DNA of 42,232 nt from an uncultured Methanosarcinales archaeon (GTDB lineage: Archaea > Nanobdellota > Nanobdellia > Woesearchaeales > JAGWAF01). A program made the translations under genes and the position numbers. The notes below the pieces were generated by a model, which ran no database searches, was not told the origin of the DNA, and saw only the letters and a program-made list of their open reading frames with translations. Shown here one piece after another: positions 34,460 through 42,232 of this stretch (position 1 is its first letter; each line of letters begins with the position of its first letter). The stretch spans positions 10,705 through 52,936 of the forward strand of contig CAZGZA010000002.1 of NCBI GenBank assembly GCA_964529655.1, read 5' to 3'.

Positions 34460-36040
34460 TTAGCCTAAAGTTGAAACAACAGAGCCAGCTGCTTTTCTGA
34501 TTTCCTCCTCAATATAGCGCTGGTTGACACGGTAGTATCCAACATAGCGCCCATCTGAATCGCGCTCGCGATGGTTTTTCATCATCGATTCCTCAGTTGG
34601 CCTGATTAAGCCGCTGCATTCATCGCCGCAGTCATCTCCGCAGGAGGTGAAATAGCCGATAGTTCCTAAACCTGTTCCTGTTCCAGCAAGACTGCCCCAT
34701 GCCTCGGTTGCTGATTGCTGGTTTCCCCTGCAATTATGCCCAAAGTTGGAGTAATAATTCTCAGCTGCGCCCTGAGCCCAGCCACTTACAGCGCCGGGTA
34801 TTTGGTCAACATTATTGTGGTATTCATCATTAAGCTCGCCAAAGGAATGCCCAAACTCATGCAGGATAAGCCTGCTGTCAGAGCTGTCTATGTATCCGCC
34901 TACTGAATTCAAGGCAATGTTTTGCGAGGGATAAGCACGAGACCTATAGCCTGTTACTGAAAGAACAATAGTCTGATCAGGGATAATAGGGCATGCTTTG
35001 CTGACAAAATTGATATCGCCCATACTCGGGCCAGCGCCTTCACCGTCTCCAAACTGCTGAGTATGGCGAATCATATCCTTGCCATTAACCGCCCAGACAT
35101 TAAACTTATCTCTATTGGATTTGAATGGTTCCTCAGAGAATATACCATAATAGGCGTTATTTCCATCATAATCCACTAAGTTTATAACAGCGTTGTCCAG
35201 CTGGCTGTCTGAAACAAACCCGTCTCCAACAAATAATAGGTCTATCTTGTTCTGCGAATCTCCATTGTCTATAAGCTTTTTGCAGGTTATGTCAGAGGTT
35301 ATTTGCGCATCATAACAGGAGTAGGTTTCTGACAATTTAAAATTGAGTTCATCTATGCTTACCCTGAAATTGCTTTTGGTATAACCCTCAATCATCTTCT
35401 CAATTTTTTCAATTGTTTCAGGCAGATCTGCCTCCCCTGCACAGAATGTATCTTGTGGAACACAGCCCTCTTCTGTTTCTGTTACACAAATAGTGATATA
35501 AACTGGAATAAGCATTAAAGCAGTCCATTCCCCGGGTGCAATAAAATGCAGTAGAATTGCTAAATTTCTTATCTGAGGAATATTAAACATTCTTTTGATA
35601 GTGACATCATCAACAAATTCAAGGCCGTATTTATCCCTGCAAAAGTCGCTTGGCTTCGCAAATGGGGCAAAACCAATTTTATAGGGTTGCACTTTGCATT
35701 TCAGCCCTTTCATTGCAACTGTTTTAACGCAATCTCCGGCAGCACTGCAGCTAAAGCTGTCAGGACAGCCGCATTGAGTGCAGTTATTAACTATTGTTTG
35801 ATTTTCGTCGCAGTATTTTGGTGGATTGCCAGCCAAACAAACATTTGCACCAGAGCATGTCAATACAGTAGTATCAGGCCCTGAAACGCAGGTTGGAGGC
35901 TCATCAGCTGACACACTGCATTGCCTTGCACCATTTACAAGCGGGCAGCAAGAAATGCCCTCGCAGGTTGGATCTATTTTTGGGGGCATGTACATCCATA
36001 CCTGTCTACTTCCTCCTGTGACACTGCTCCTTGCTGACAA
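34460..36040 (-). CDS. Secreted Cys-rich protein with an M64 (IgA peptidase)-like zinc metalloprotease domain
   Basis: HEFGHSFGELNDEY is the M64-type HExxH..DEY motif. The N-terminal ~100 aa are very Cys-rich. A more likely start is MYMPPK at about 35995. Confidence 0.65.
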   Translation of the reverse strand: MSARSSVTGGSRQVWMYMPPKIDPTCEGISCCPLVNGARQCSVSADEPPTCVSGPDTTVLTCSGANVCLAGNPPKYCDENQTIVNNCTQCGCPDSFSCSAAGDCVKTVAMKGLKCKVQPYKIGFAPFAKPSDFCRDKYGLEFVDDVTIKRMFNIPQIRNLAILLHFIAPGEWTALMLIPVYITICVTETEEGCVPQDTFCAGEADLPETIEKIEKMIEGYTKSNFRVSIDELNFKLSETYSCYDAQITSDITCKKLIDNGDSQNKIDLLFVGDGFVSDSQLDNAVINLVDYDGNNAYYGIFSEEPFKSNRDKFNVWAVNGKDMIRHTQQFGDGEGAGPSMGDINFVSKACPIIPDQTIVLSVTGYRSRAYPSQNIALNSVGGYIDSSDSRLILHEFGHSFGELNDEYHNNVDQIPGAVSGWAQGAAENYYSNFGHNCRGNQQSATEAWGSLAGTGTGLGTIGYFTSCGDDCGDECSGLIRPTEESMMKNHRERDSDGRYVGYYRVNQRYIEEEIRKAAGSVVSTLG

Positions 36041-36444
36041 AGGTCTTCATCATCAGGAATTCCATCATGGTCTTCATCTGCAAAGTTATTGGTTCCTGGC
36101 GAAAAAGGCAGCGCTAAATTAAAGCCAGCTTCAAGATTGTCCTCTGCTATAATATGATTAGTTTGAAAATATCTTTTTGAGCCTTGGGCAACATAAACCT
36201 CAAATTGTGAAAATGCCGGGGCTGATATGTAACAGCTAAACTCTCCGCTTGAAATAGCGCATTCTGTAACTGAGCCGCTGGCGCGTATTAAAAATAGAAC
36301 ACTGCCACTTTCTACATTAGTGCTATCTGAATAATTAACAGTTCCATAAACCATATTTCTGTACCATGGTGCGGTTTCATTTTGTGCAATTGCAACAGGA
36401 ATGGACAAAAGCATGAAAGCAATTAAACAGGCAAAGAATTTCAT
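35974..36444 (-). CDS. Secreted protein with a thrombospondin type 3-like calcium-binding repeat
   Basis: The signal peptide is MKFFACLIAFMLLSIPVAIAQ. The C-terminal DEDHDGIPDDEDLCQQGAVSQEEVDRYGC fits DxDxDGxxDxxDxC..VDxxGC. Its start forms an ATGA overlap with the upstream gene. Confidence 0.55.
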   Translation of the reverse strand: MKFFACLIAFMLLSIPVAIAQNETAPWYRNMVYGTVNYSDSTNVESGSVLFLIRASGSVTECAISSGEFSCYISAPAFSQFEVYVAQGSKRYFQTNHIIAEDNLEAGFNLALPFSPGTNNFADEDHDGIPDDEDLCQQGAVSQEEVDRYGCTCPQK

Positions 36445-37268
36445 CCTACACACTCTCCAACAACATCAACATTCTTCAGCCCTATCCTGAATTCAAACGG
36501 CGGGTAAGATTTCTCGTATAGTGGCTGGACATCAACAACTCGGATTGCATGAAGCTTGAGGAATTTTCCAGGCAATAAGTACACATTAACAAACTCATTC
36601 CCGTATTCCAGGCAATGCAGGGAGATATCATAGGGCTGGTTGTCTTTTACAGCTCTTAAAAGCTTATAAACAACATCATAAATATGCCCTAATCTTATTG
36701 GAATATCAGCCATAACCTTTGGTGCAGTATATTCCTGACTGTTTCTTAAAAGTTTAAGAGGGTAATCTGCAGTTATAATAATAGAGTTGGTCCCAAGTTC
36801 AGTTAAAATAGACGGGCTTAGCGGTTTTACAACCTTAAAGCCCTCTTTTTCAAAATCCTCGGATTTTATGCACTGGCCTAATTCAAAGAGGACAAAATTG
36901 TTGATTCTGTTTTTTATGTCTTTTTTTGAAGATAGGGAAACATTTTTTTTATCAAGGCCGTATGGAAAGCTGCTTTGGCCGTAAAAATAAAGCTGCCAGT
37001 CAGGAAGCCCATCCTCTTTGTATCTGTCATCTCCAGCCGGTGCGATATAACCACCATGCTTACCGATAGCATAGACCGCTCTTATGCCGGCATCTGCAAG
37101 GCAGCTTTGCAGGTAGTTTTGCAGTTTAAGGTTAGTGCCCTCAGAAGGCAATGGCAGGAATGTTTCCTGGCTCTCACGGGATGAGAGGTATATAATTATG
37201 GAAGCCGCTAAAATAAGGATTACCGCTATTATCATTACTAAAGTAAGTTGGGCATTTTTATCAGGCAT
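36441..37268 (-). CDS. Hypothetical membrane-anchored protein, possible class III (pilin-like) signal
   Basis: MPDKNAQLTLVMIIAVILILAASIIIYL at the N-terminus. The track ORF extends to 37310. Confidence 0.45.
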   Translation of the reverse strand: MPDKNAQLTLVMIIAVILILAASIIIYLSSRESQETFLPLPSEGTNLKLQNYLQSCLADAGIRAVYAIGKHGGYIAPAGDDRYKEDGLPDWQLYFYGQSSFPYGLDKKNVSLSSKKDIKNRINNFVLFELGQCIKSEDFEKEGFKVVKPLSPSILTELGTNSIIITADYPLKLLRNSQEYTAPKVMADIPIRLGHIYDVVYKLLRAVKDNQPYDISLHCLEYGNEFVNVYLLPGKFLKLHAIRVVDVQPLYEKSYPPFEFRIGLKNVDVVGECVG

Positions 37269-37325
37269 GACGAATATATACTTCAAAAGAAGATTTAAAT
37301 GTTTCGGCAAGGGGCTTTTGAGCCG

Positions 37326-37343
37326 GGAAAAGTTTATATAAAC
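37326..37343 (+). promoter_or_regulatory. BRE/TATA-like promoter GGAAAAGTTTATATAAAC
   Basis: It lies ~25 nt upstream of the PGI/PMI ATG, consistent with a near-leaderless transcript. Confidence 0.45.
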
Positions 37344-37363
37344 TGCTGGTTTAGAGGATAACT

Positions 37364-38338
37364 ATGCCTGACATGCTCGAAACATTGAACAGCTATGCCT
37401 CACAGCTAAGGGATGCACTGGAGCTGGGAAAGGGTGTAGAAGTTAATAGCAACATCAACAGAATAATCATTGCAGGCATGGGAGGAAGCGCATGGCCCGG
37501 TGATATTCTGGCTGCTATTCTCAGGGAGGAAAAAATAAAGATCCCAATTGAAATTGTGAGGGATTATTTTCTGCCGGCTTATGTTGATGAAAAAACTCTT
37601 GTTTTTGTTGTATCCTATTCAGGCAATACAGAGGAAACAATACTTATGTATTCCAGCGCCCTGAAAAAGAACGCTCAAACTGTTGTAATCACCTCTGGTG
37701 GAAAGTTAAGATGGCTGATTAAAGAAGCTGACAAGCAGGTTTCTTTGATAAGAATACCCTCGGGCTATGAGCCTCGTTTGGCAACTGGATTTATACTGGT
37801 TTCAATGCTGAATGTTTTGAGGGGTATTCTTCCTGTAAACCCTTTGATGAATATTAATAAAACAGTTGAGGCGCTGGCAAAAACAAATGCTTATTCGCAA
37901 AAAGCGCTGGAAGTAGCTGAGCGCCTATTCGGAAAGATTCCGCTGATTTATACGTCCAATCGTTTTTTCCCGGCAGCCTATGTCTGGAAAATTTCAATCA
38001 ATGAGACCGCAAAGATGCATGCATTCTGCAACAGCTTTTCTGAAATAAACCATAATGAGCTCTCAGGGTTTATCCAGCCTAACGGCAGCTATCATGTTCT
38101 TATAATCAAGGATGAGATGGACTATGGCCAGGTCAAAAAGAGGATGAATCTCACAAAGGCAATAATCAGGGAGCATGGTGTTGATGTTACTGAGCTACTG
38201 GTAAAGGGGGATTCTTTTATGACTAAAATGCTGACAGTTATCTATCTTGGGTTGTTTACAGCCTACCATCTTGCGCTAAAAAATAATGTTAACCCATCAT
38301 CTGTGGATTTGCAGGAAAACCTGAAGAAGATGTTATAG
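37364..38338 (+). CDS. Bifunctional phosphoglucose/phosphomannose isomerase (SIS domain, archaeal PGI/PMI family)
   Basis: GMGGSAWPGDIL and VSYSGNTEET. The size is ~320 aa. Confidence 0.8.
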   Translation: MPDMLETLNSYASQLRDALELGKGVEVNSNINRIIIAGMGGSAWPGDILAAILREEKIKIPIEIVRDYFLPAYVDEKTLVFVVSYSGNTEETILMYSSALKKNAQTVVITSGGKLRWLIKEADKQVSLIRIPSGYEPRLATGFILVSMLNVLRGILPVNPLMNINKTVEALAKTNAYSQKALEVAERLFGKIPLIYTSNRFFPAAYVWKISINETAKMHAFCNSFSEINHNELSGFIQPNGSYHVLIIKDEMDYGQVKKRMNLTKAIIREHGVDVTELLVKGDSFMTKMLTVIYLGLFTAYHLALKNNVNPSSVDLQENLKKML

Positions 38339-40417
38339 CTACTGCAGTCTTGTTTCTCTTGCAGCTGAAGAGCTTATATGGTCTGTTTTGCTTATATCAA
38401 TAACATGGTCAACAAATGTCTCAATCTTTGGCTCGTGGCTGACGATAATAAGCTGTTTGGTTGAAAGCAGCTCTAATACTTTTTTAAGGTTGTCCAGCTG
38501 TTCTGTGCTGAAGCCGTCGGTTGGTTCATCAAGTATTAGCAGGTCATTTGTTTTAATTGAGGTGATAAGGTCATTGATGACTTTATTAAGCGCCAGGCGA
38601 TAGGCAAGGGCGCAGCTTGTCTTTTCTCCTCCGCTTAGGTTTTCAGTTTCAACCTCATAGCCGTTTTGCATAAAAATAGGGGTAAAGCTGTCATCAAGCC
38701 TTGCAGAGGTGTTATCATCTTCAAGAAGTTCCTTAAAGAAGAATGTGAACATTTCATTAAACTTAGTGTGAATGTTTGCCATCACCTGCTTTTCAATAAG
38801 GTCCACTAATACCAGAAGGTAGTTTTCAAGCCATGCTCTGATAGAGTTTGTTCGTTCTAAAAATTTGATTGCAGCCTGTTTTCTTTTAAGCTCGATGTCC
38901 AGCCTTGCAATATTTGCGGCTAAGTTTTCTCTTTCATTTTTTAGCGCCGCACTTCGAATTGCAATATCTCTCTCCTGATACGCCAGCAACTCTAGTTTTT
39001 CTATCTCATTGCTGTATTTTTCCTCAAGATTGCCGAAGCTTTCAAGCCGCTCAAACAGCTCCTGTTTTTTGGCATTTGCCTGTGCAATCCTGGTTTGCAG
39101 CAATGCCTGCTCATTTTGTATTTTGTTGTGCAACTCCTTTTTTTCAGCGAGATTTTTAAGCTTAAACTTAAGCAGGAGGTTGTCCCGCTCCTGGCTCTTG
39201 AGCTGCTCAAGCTCCTCTTTGATAAGCCTGATTTTTGTTTCGTTGCTTTTCAGGGAATTATCCTGTTCCTCAAGTGTTTTTTCGACAGCCTCAAGGGATT
39301 TGTTTTCTTTGTTGGTAATATACTGCTTGTGGGTGATATTAACCTCCTGAAGGCATACCGGGCATACATTCAGTTTTTTTATTTTTTCAATCAGGGTTAA
39401 AGAGTTAGTTTGTTTGCCTGTCAGCTCTCCAATGCTGCTGCTAGCGGATTTAACCTGCCTTTCAAGGATTGTAATCTCATCCTGTTTTAGTTTGATTTTT
39501 GCCTGAAGGTTTTTTTCAGGTTCCTCTTTTCCGCTAAACTCTGCCTGAAGAGAGGCAATTTGTTTCTGCAGCTCCTCAAGCTGAAAGCCGTTGCTATTTG
39601 ATTGGTGGAGTATATGTTTTAGTTCTACGCAAAGCCCCTCAAATGTGCCCTTAACCAAAGAAAGTGTTTTGCGCTCCTGTTCAACCGCCTCCATTTTATT
39701 TTTTTGGGATGCAAGCTCCAGCTGGAATAGCACAAGTTTAGGCGTTAGTTCATCAAGTTTGGATTCTGCTTCCTTAAGCTTCTGATGAAAGGCCAGCAGC
39801 TCTTTTTCTGTCAAAGAAATATCCTCCGCCATGCCCTCAAAGCGTTTTTGCCTTTCTTTAAGTTCATGTATGTAAAGTTGCGTGTTCTCCTTTATCCGTT
39901 TGTATTTGTCTATTCCAAAAACCTTTCTTAGGATATCGAGCCTTGCCTCCTTATCCTCAAAGAGTATCTGTTTCATCTCCTCCTGAGGTGTGTAAACTGT
40001 GTAGCGGTATATCAGCTGTTTTTTTGTAATCAGCTCTCGTGGGTAGCCTAGCAAAGAAAGGATTTTTGATTTAAGTTCTATGGCGGTGCAGTCCTGAATA
40101 GTGCCGTCAATAATAATATATCCTGTTGACTGGACAATGCTGTCACGCATCCGCTTGAGCGTTCTTTTCAGTATAACCTCCAGTTTGCTTATTTCAAAAA
40201 CAAGCTCAACAGAACCCTCGTTCTTTCCTGCCCTTAAGAGCGCCTGGCCGGAGAGAGCGCCTCTCTGGATGCCAAACAGGGCAAACTCAATTGCCAGGAG
40301 TATCGTTGATTTTCCAGTTCCAATATCCCCACTGAGAAGCAATGACCCAGCTGGGAAGATTATTTCCTCATCTAGATAGCTTCTGATGTTCCTAAGCTTG
40401 AGGGATTTTAAAATCAC
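38339..40417 (-). CDS. rad50: Rad50-like SMC-family ATPase (short form)
   Basis: Walker A GDIGTGKST, a central coiled coil with the CPVC zinc hook, the signature LSGGEKTSCALAYRLAL and Walker B LLILDEPT. Confidence 0.8.
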   Translation of the reverse strand: MILKSLKLRNIRSYLDEEIIFPAGSLLLSGDIGTGKSTILLAIEFALFGIQRGALSGQALLRAGKNEGSVELVFEISKLEVILKRTLKRMRDSIVQSTGYIIIDGTIQDCTAIELKSKILSLLGYPRELITKKQLIYRYTVYTPQEEMKQILFEDKEARLDILRKVFGIDKYKRIKENTQLYIHELKERQKRFEGMAEDISLTEKELLAFHQKLKEAESKLDELTPKLVLFQLELASQKNKMEAVEQERKTLSLVKGTFEGLCVELKHILHQSNSNGFQLEELQKQIASLQAEFSGKEEPEKNLQAKIKLKQDEITILERQVKSASSSIGELTGKQTNSLTLIEKIKKLNVCPVCLQEVNITHKQYITNKENKSLEAVEKTLEEQDNSLKSNETKIRLIKEELEQLKSQERDNLLLKFKLKNLAEKKELHNKIQNEQALLQTRIAQANAKKQELFERLESFGNLEEKYSNEIEKLELLAYQERDIAIRSAALKNERENLAANIARLDIELKRKQAAIKFLERTNSIRAWLENYLLVLVDLIEKQVMANIHTKFNEMFTFFFKELLEDDNTSARLDDSFTPIFMQNGYEVETENLSGGEKTSCALAYRLALNKVINDLITSIKTNDLLILDEPTDGFSTEQLDNLKKVLELLSTKQLIIVSHEPKIETFVDHVIDISKTDHISSSAARETRLQ

Positions 40418-40467
40418 AAAAGCCTATAATTCGCCTGATTTTTTAAAAGTTTAGATATTTTGGCGTT

Positions 40468-40619
40468 ATTGAAAAGTTCAGTTATCGCGCCTGCTCTGTC
40501 CAAGCTAATGCTTGGATAATTTCTTTCTCCCCGCACAGGTGAGGGGAGAAAGAAATTAGTCTGCAAGACCAAAGCAGGCTGGACAGGTATAACCAAGAGC
40601 AATACAACCGCTTTTCAAT
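40468..40619. other. Hairpin-rich intergenic segment closed by ATTGAAAAG/CTTTTCAAT (candidate structured RNA or repeat)
   Basis: It contains CCAAGC-TAAT-GCTTGG and a perfect 15-bp stem, AATTTCTTTCTCCCC (40518-40532) / GGGGAGAAAGAAATT (40543-40557). The latter is similar to the TCTCCCCC hairpin inside the 282-bp repeat. Confidence 0.35.
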
Positions 40620-40682
40620 GTCGCCGATATTTTAGAATTATATCCGACCAAATTCTTCGGGCGGCAAAAAATTTTCTTTCCC

Positions 40683-40772
40683 TGAACTTTTGCGTTTTGT
40701 ATATAAAACTAGGCAAAAGTTCATGTAGTTAACTTTTGCAGGATATAATAAATTTAAAGTACAAAAGTTAAC
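40683..40772. repeat. Tandem pair of AACTTTTG..CAAAAGTT hairpins
   Basis: TGAACTTTTGC (40683-40693) pairs with GCAAAAGTTCA (40713-40723). GTTAACTTTTG (40728-40738) pairs with CAAAAGTTAAC (40762-40772). Both are perfect 11-bp stems. Confidence 0.6.
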
Positions 40773-40826
40773 TTCCGATAAATTTATAAACCTCTTCAAA
40801 AAGTAATAATAACTGTGGCATGACCA

Positions 40827-41057
40827 ATGGATGATATTAATGAGAATGAAGAGACTGTATATAATGAAGAGTCTAGAGAAAAATATATAGAGTCTGACAG
40901 TATCTCAGTAGAGGAAGAGGGATTTATGAAAGGCTACGACGAAGCAGAAACGGATGAAGAGGAAAAAGAAACAGAGGAAAAAGAAACAGGAGAGAAGGGC
41001 GAAAATAAAAAAGAAGAAGATAAAGATGAGGATAACACAAATTTAGAAGAGGAATAA
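40827..41057 (+). CDS. Hypothetical highly acidic protein
   Basis: 76 aa and very rich in Glu/Asp. Low complexity, so coding status is uncertain. Confidence 0.35.
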   Translation: MDDINENEETVYNEESREKYIESDSISVEEEGFMKGYDEAETDEEEKETEEKETGEKGENKKEEDKDEDNTNLEEE

Positions 41058-41061
41058 ACTA

Positions 41062-41166
41062 ATGAAGAGAAGTTCACGACGCTGGAAAAAAAAGGGGCAG
41101 ATGCGCTGGAAGTGGCAGCGCAAGAAGATGCGAAAGGAAAAAAGAAAGAGGCATGCTAAAATCTAA
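41062..41166 (+). CDS. rpl41e: Ribosomal protein L41e
   Basis: I translated this by hand; it is too short for the ORF track. The product is MKRSSRRWKKKGQMRWKWQRKKMRKEKRKRHAKI. The KRSSRRWKKKG-MRWKW-KK-R block matches archaeal L41e as I recall it. Confidence 0.7.
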   Translation: MKRSSRRWKKKGQMRWKWQRKKMRKEKRKRHAKI

Positions 41167-41539
41167 TACTCTTAATTTTGGTATTCCAATACTCATTTAG
41201 AAAAGAGATTTTATTCCCTATCATTTTAAGGATCATGATGCCAACCATATGATGTTGCTCTTTTTTATGGATGTTCTTGCATTCCCATTCTGCAAAACCT
41301 GTTTTTCCATCTTCAGACACATAACATTTTCCAACTTTAAATTTTGTTTTTGTAGTTTCTTGCTTCACTACTCTGTCCCAAAATCGCTTAATTTCTTTGT
41401 GCGACTGGTAGGGTTTTGCTAATGGGCTTTCTTGATAGATTCCATTTTTTGTAAAACATTCAAGAAGCAAATTGGAATCCTGAGTTTCCCAAGCTTTTCC
41501 ATATTTTTTCATCACTTCTTTTATTTGTTGAATATCCAT
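41156..41539 (-). CDS. SnoaL/NTF2-like fold protein
   Basis: MDIQQIKEVMKKYGKAWETQDSNLLLECFTKNGIY is a typical N-terminus for SnoaL-like/NTF2 domains, and the size is ~125 aa. Confidence 0.55.
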   Translation of the reverse strand: MDIQQIKEVMKKYGKAWETQDSNLLLECFTKNGIYQESPLAKPYQSHKEIKRFWDRVVKQETTKTKFKVGKCYVSEDGKTGFAEWECKNIHKKEQHHMVGIMILKMIGNKISFLNEYWNTKIKSIRF

Positions 41540-41615
41540 ATCAGATTTTCCCTCAGGATATTGCACTAAATTTCAGTGCAGGTAAGTAATTTGTTTTCAC
41601 CCATTTTTAATAATC

Positions 41616-41630
41616 AAAAGGTTTATAAAC
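41616..41630 (+). promoter_or_regulatory. BRE/TATA-like promoter AAAAGGTTTATAAAC upstream of 16S
   Basis: It is nearly the same 15-mer as upstream of tRNA-iMet and lies ~135 nt upstream of the mature 16S 5' end. Confidence 0.45.
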
Positions 41631-41763
41631 AACTGTCCTTTCATAGCATAACAATATCAGCGCCCAAATTATTCTCATAAAATTATGAGTGCTCAATGTT
41701 AACTATTGAGTATGATGTAGGCATTACTTATTCCTGAAAGTTATATTATAAGCGACGTACAGA

Positions 41764-42232
<469 letters not shown>

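Noticed and set aside
35974-36040. A 67-nt overlap between ORFs 35974-36453 and 34460-36040, suggesting a frameshifted single gene
   Set aside because: The upstream frame ends in a complete TSP3-like unit (..VDRYGC..). The downstream gene has plausible internal starts (MYMPPK at about 35995), giving a short overlap typical of coupled genes. No slippery sequence was noticed. It remains possible but is unsupported.
40414-40602. 62-aa minus-strand ORF directly upstream of rad50
   Set aside because: It covers the hairpin-rich intergenic segment and has no recognisable features. It is probably non-coding.

Overview
This is an AT-rich archaeal chromosomal segment. The evidence is archaeal-type AlaRS, Cdc48, NreA and L41e, an initiator tRNA with A1:U72, a 16S 5' end of archaeal type and BRE/TATA-like promoters. 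The compact genes, the intron-bearing tRNAs and a tRNA-Ile(UAU) suggest a small-genome DPANN-like lineage, which is inference. The coding content is mostly housekeeping: ftsZ, FKBP PPIase, cmk, alaS, an MFS transporter, a Nop2/Sun m5C methyltransferase, rnhB, purA, a DHH phosphoesterase, a nitrilase-family hydrolase, an ATP-grasp ligase, PIG-L plus GT4, smc, cdc48, agmatinase, PGI/PMI, rad50, rpl41e and the first ~470 nt of 16S rRNA. There is also a secreted Cys-rich M64-like protease cluster. The unusual part is the non-coding DNA. (1) Six of the seven tRNA genes are followed by short hairpin-rich cassettes that end in a second copy of that tRNA's own 3' terminal 13-19 nt. The seventh, tRNA-Glu, instead carries a T-loop intron. 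(2) Two perfect 282-bp inverted repeats, each built from about seven hairpins, bracket a 6.4-kb housekeeping segment. (3) An ORF6N-domain gene sits between two copies of the last ~115 bp of the glycosyltransferase gene. (4) An 82-nt palindromic element is shared by the ftsZ and smc upstream regions. (5) Several families of small palindromic repeats are dispersed through the window. No CRISPR array, integrase or transposase gene was seen.
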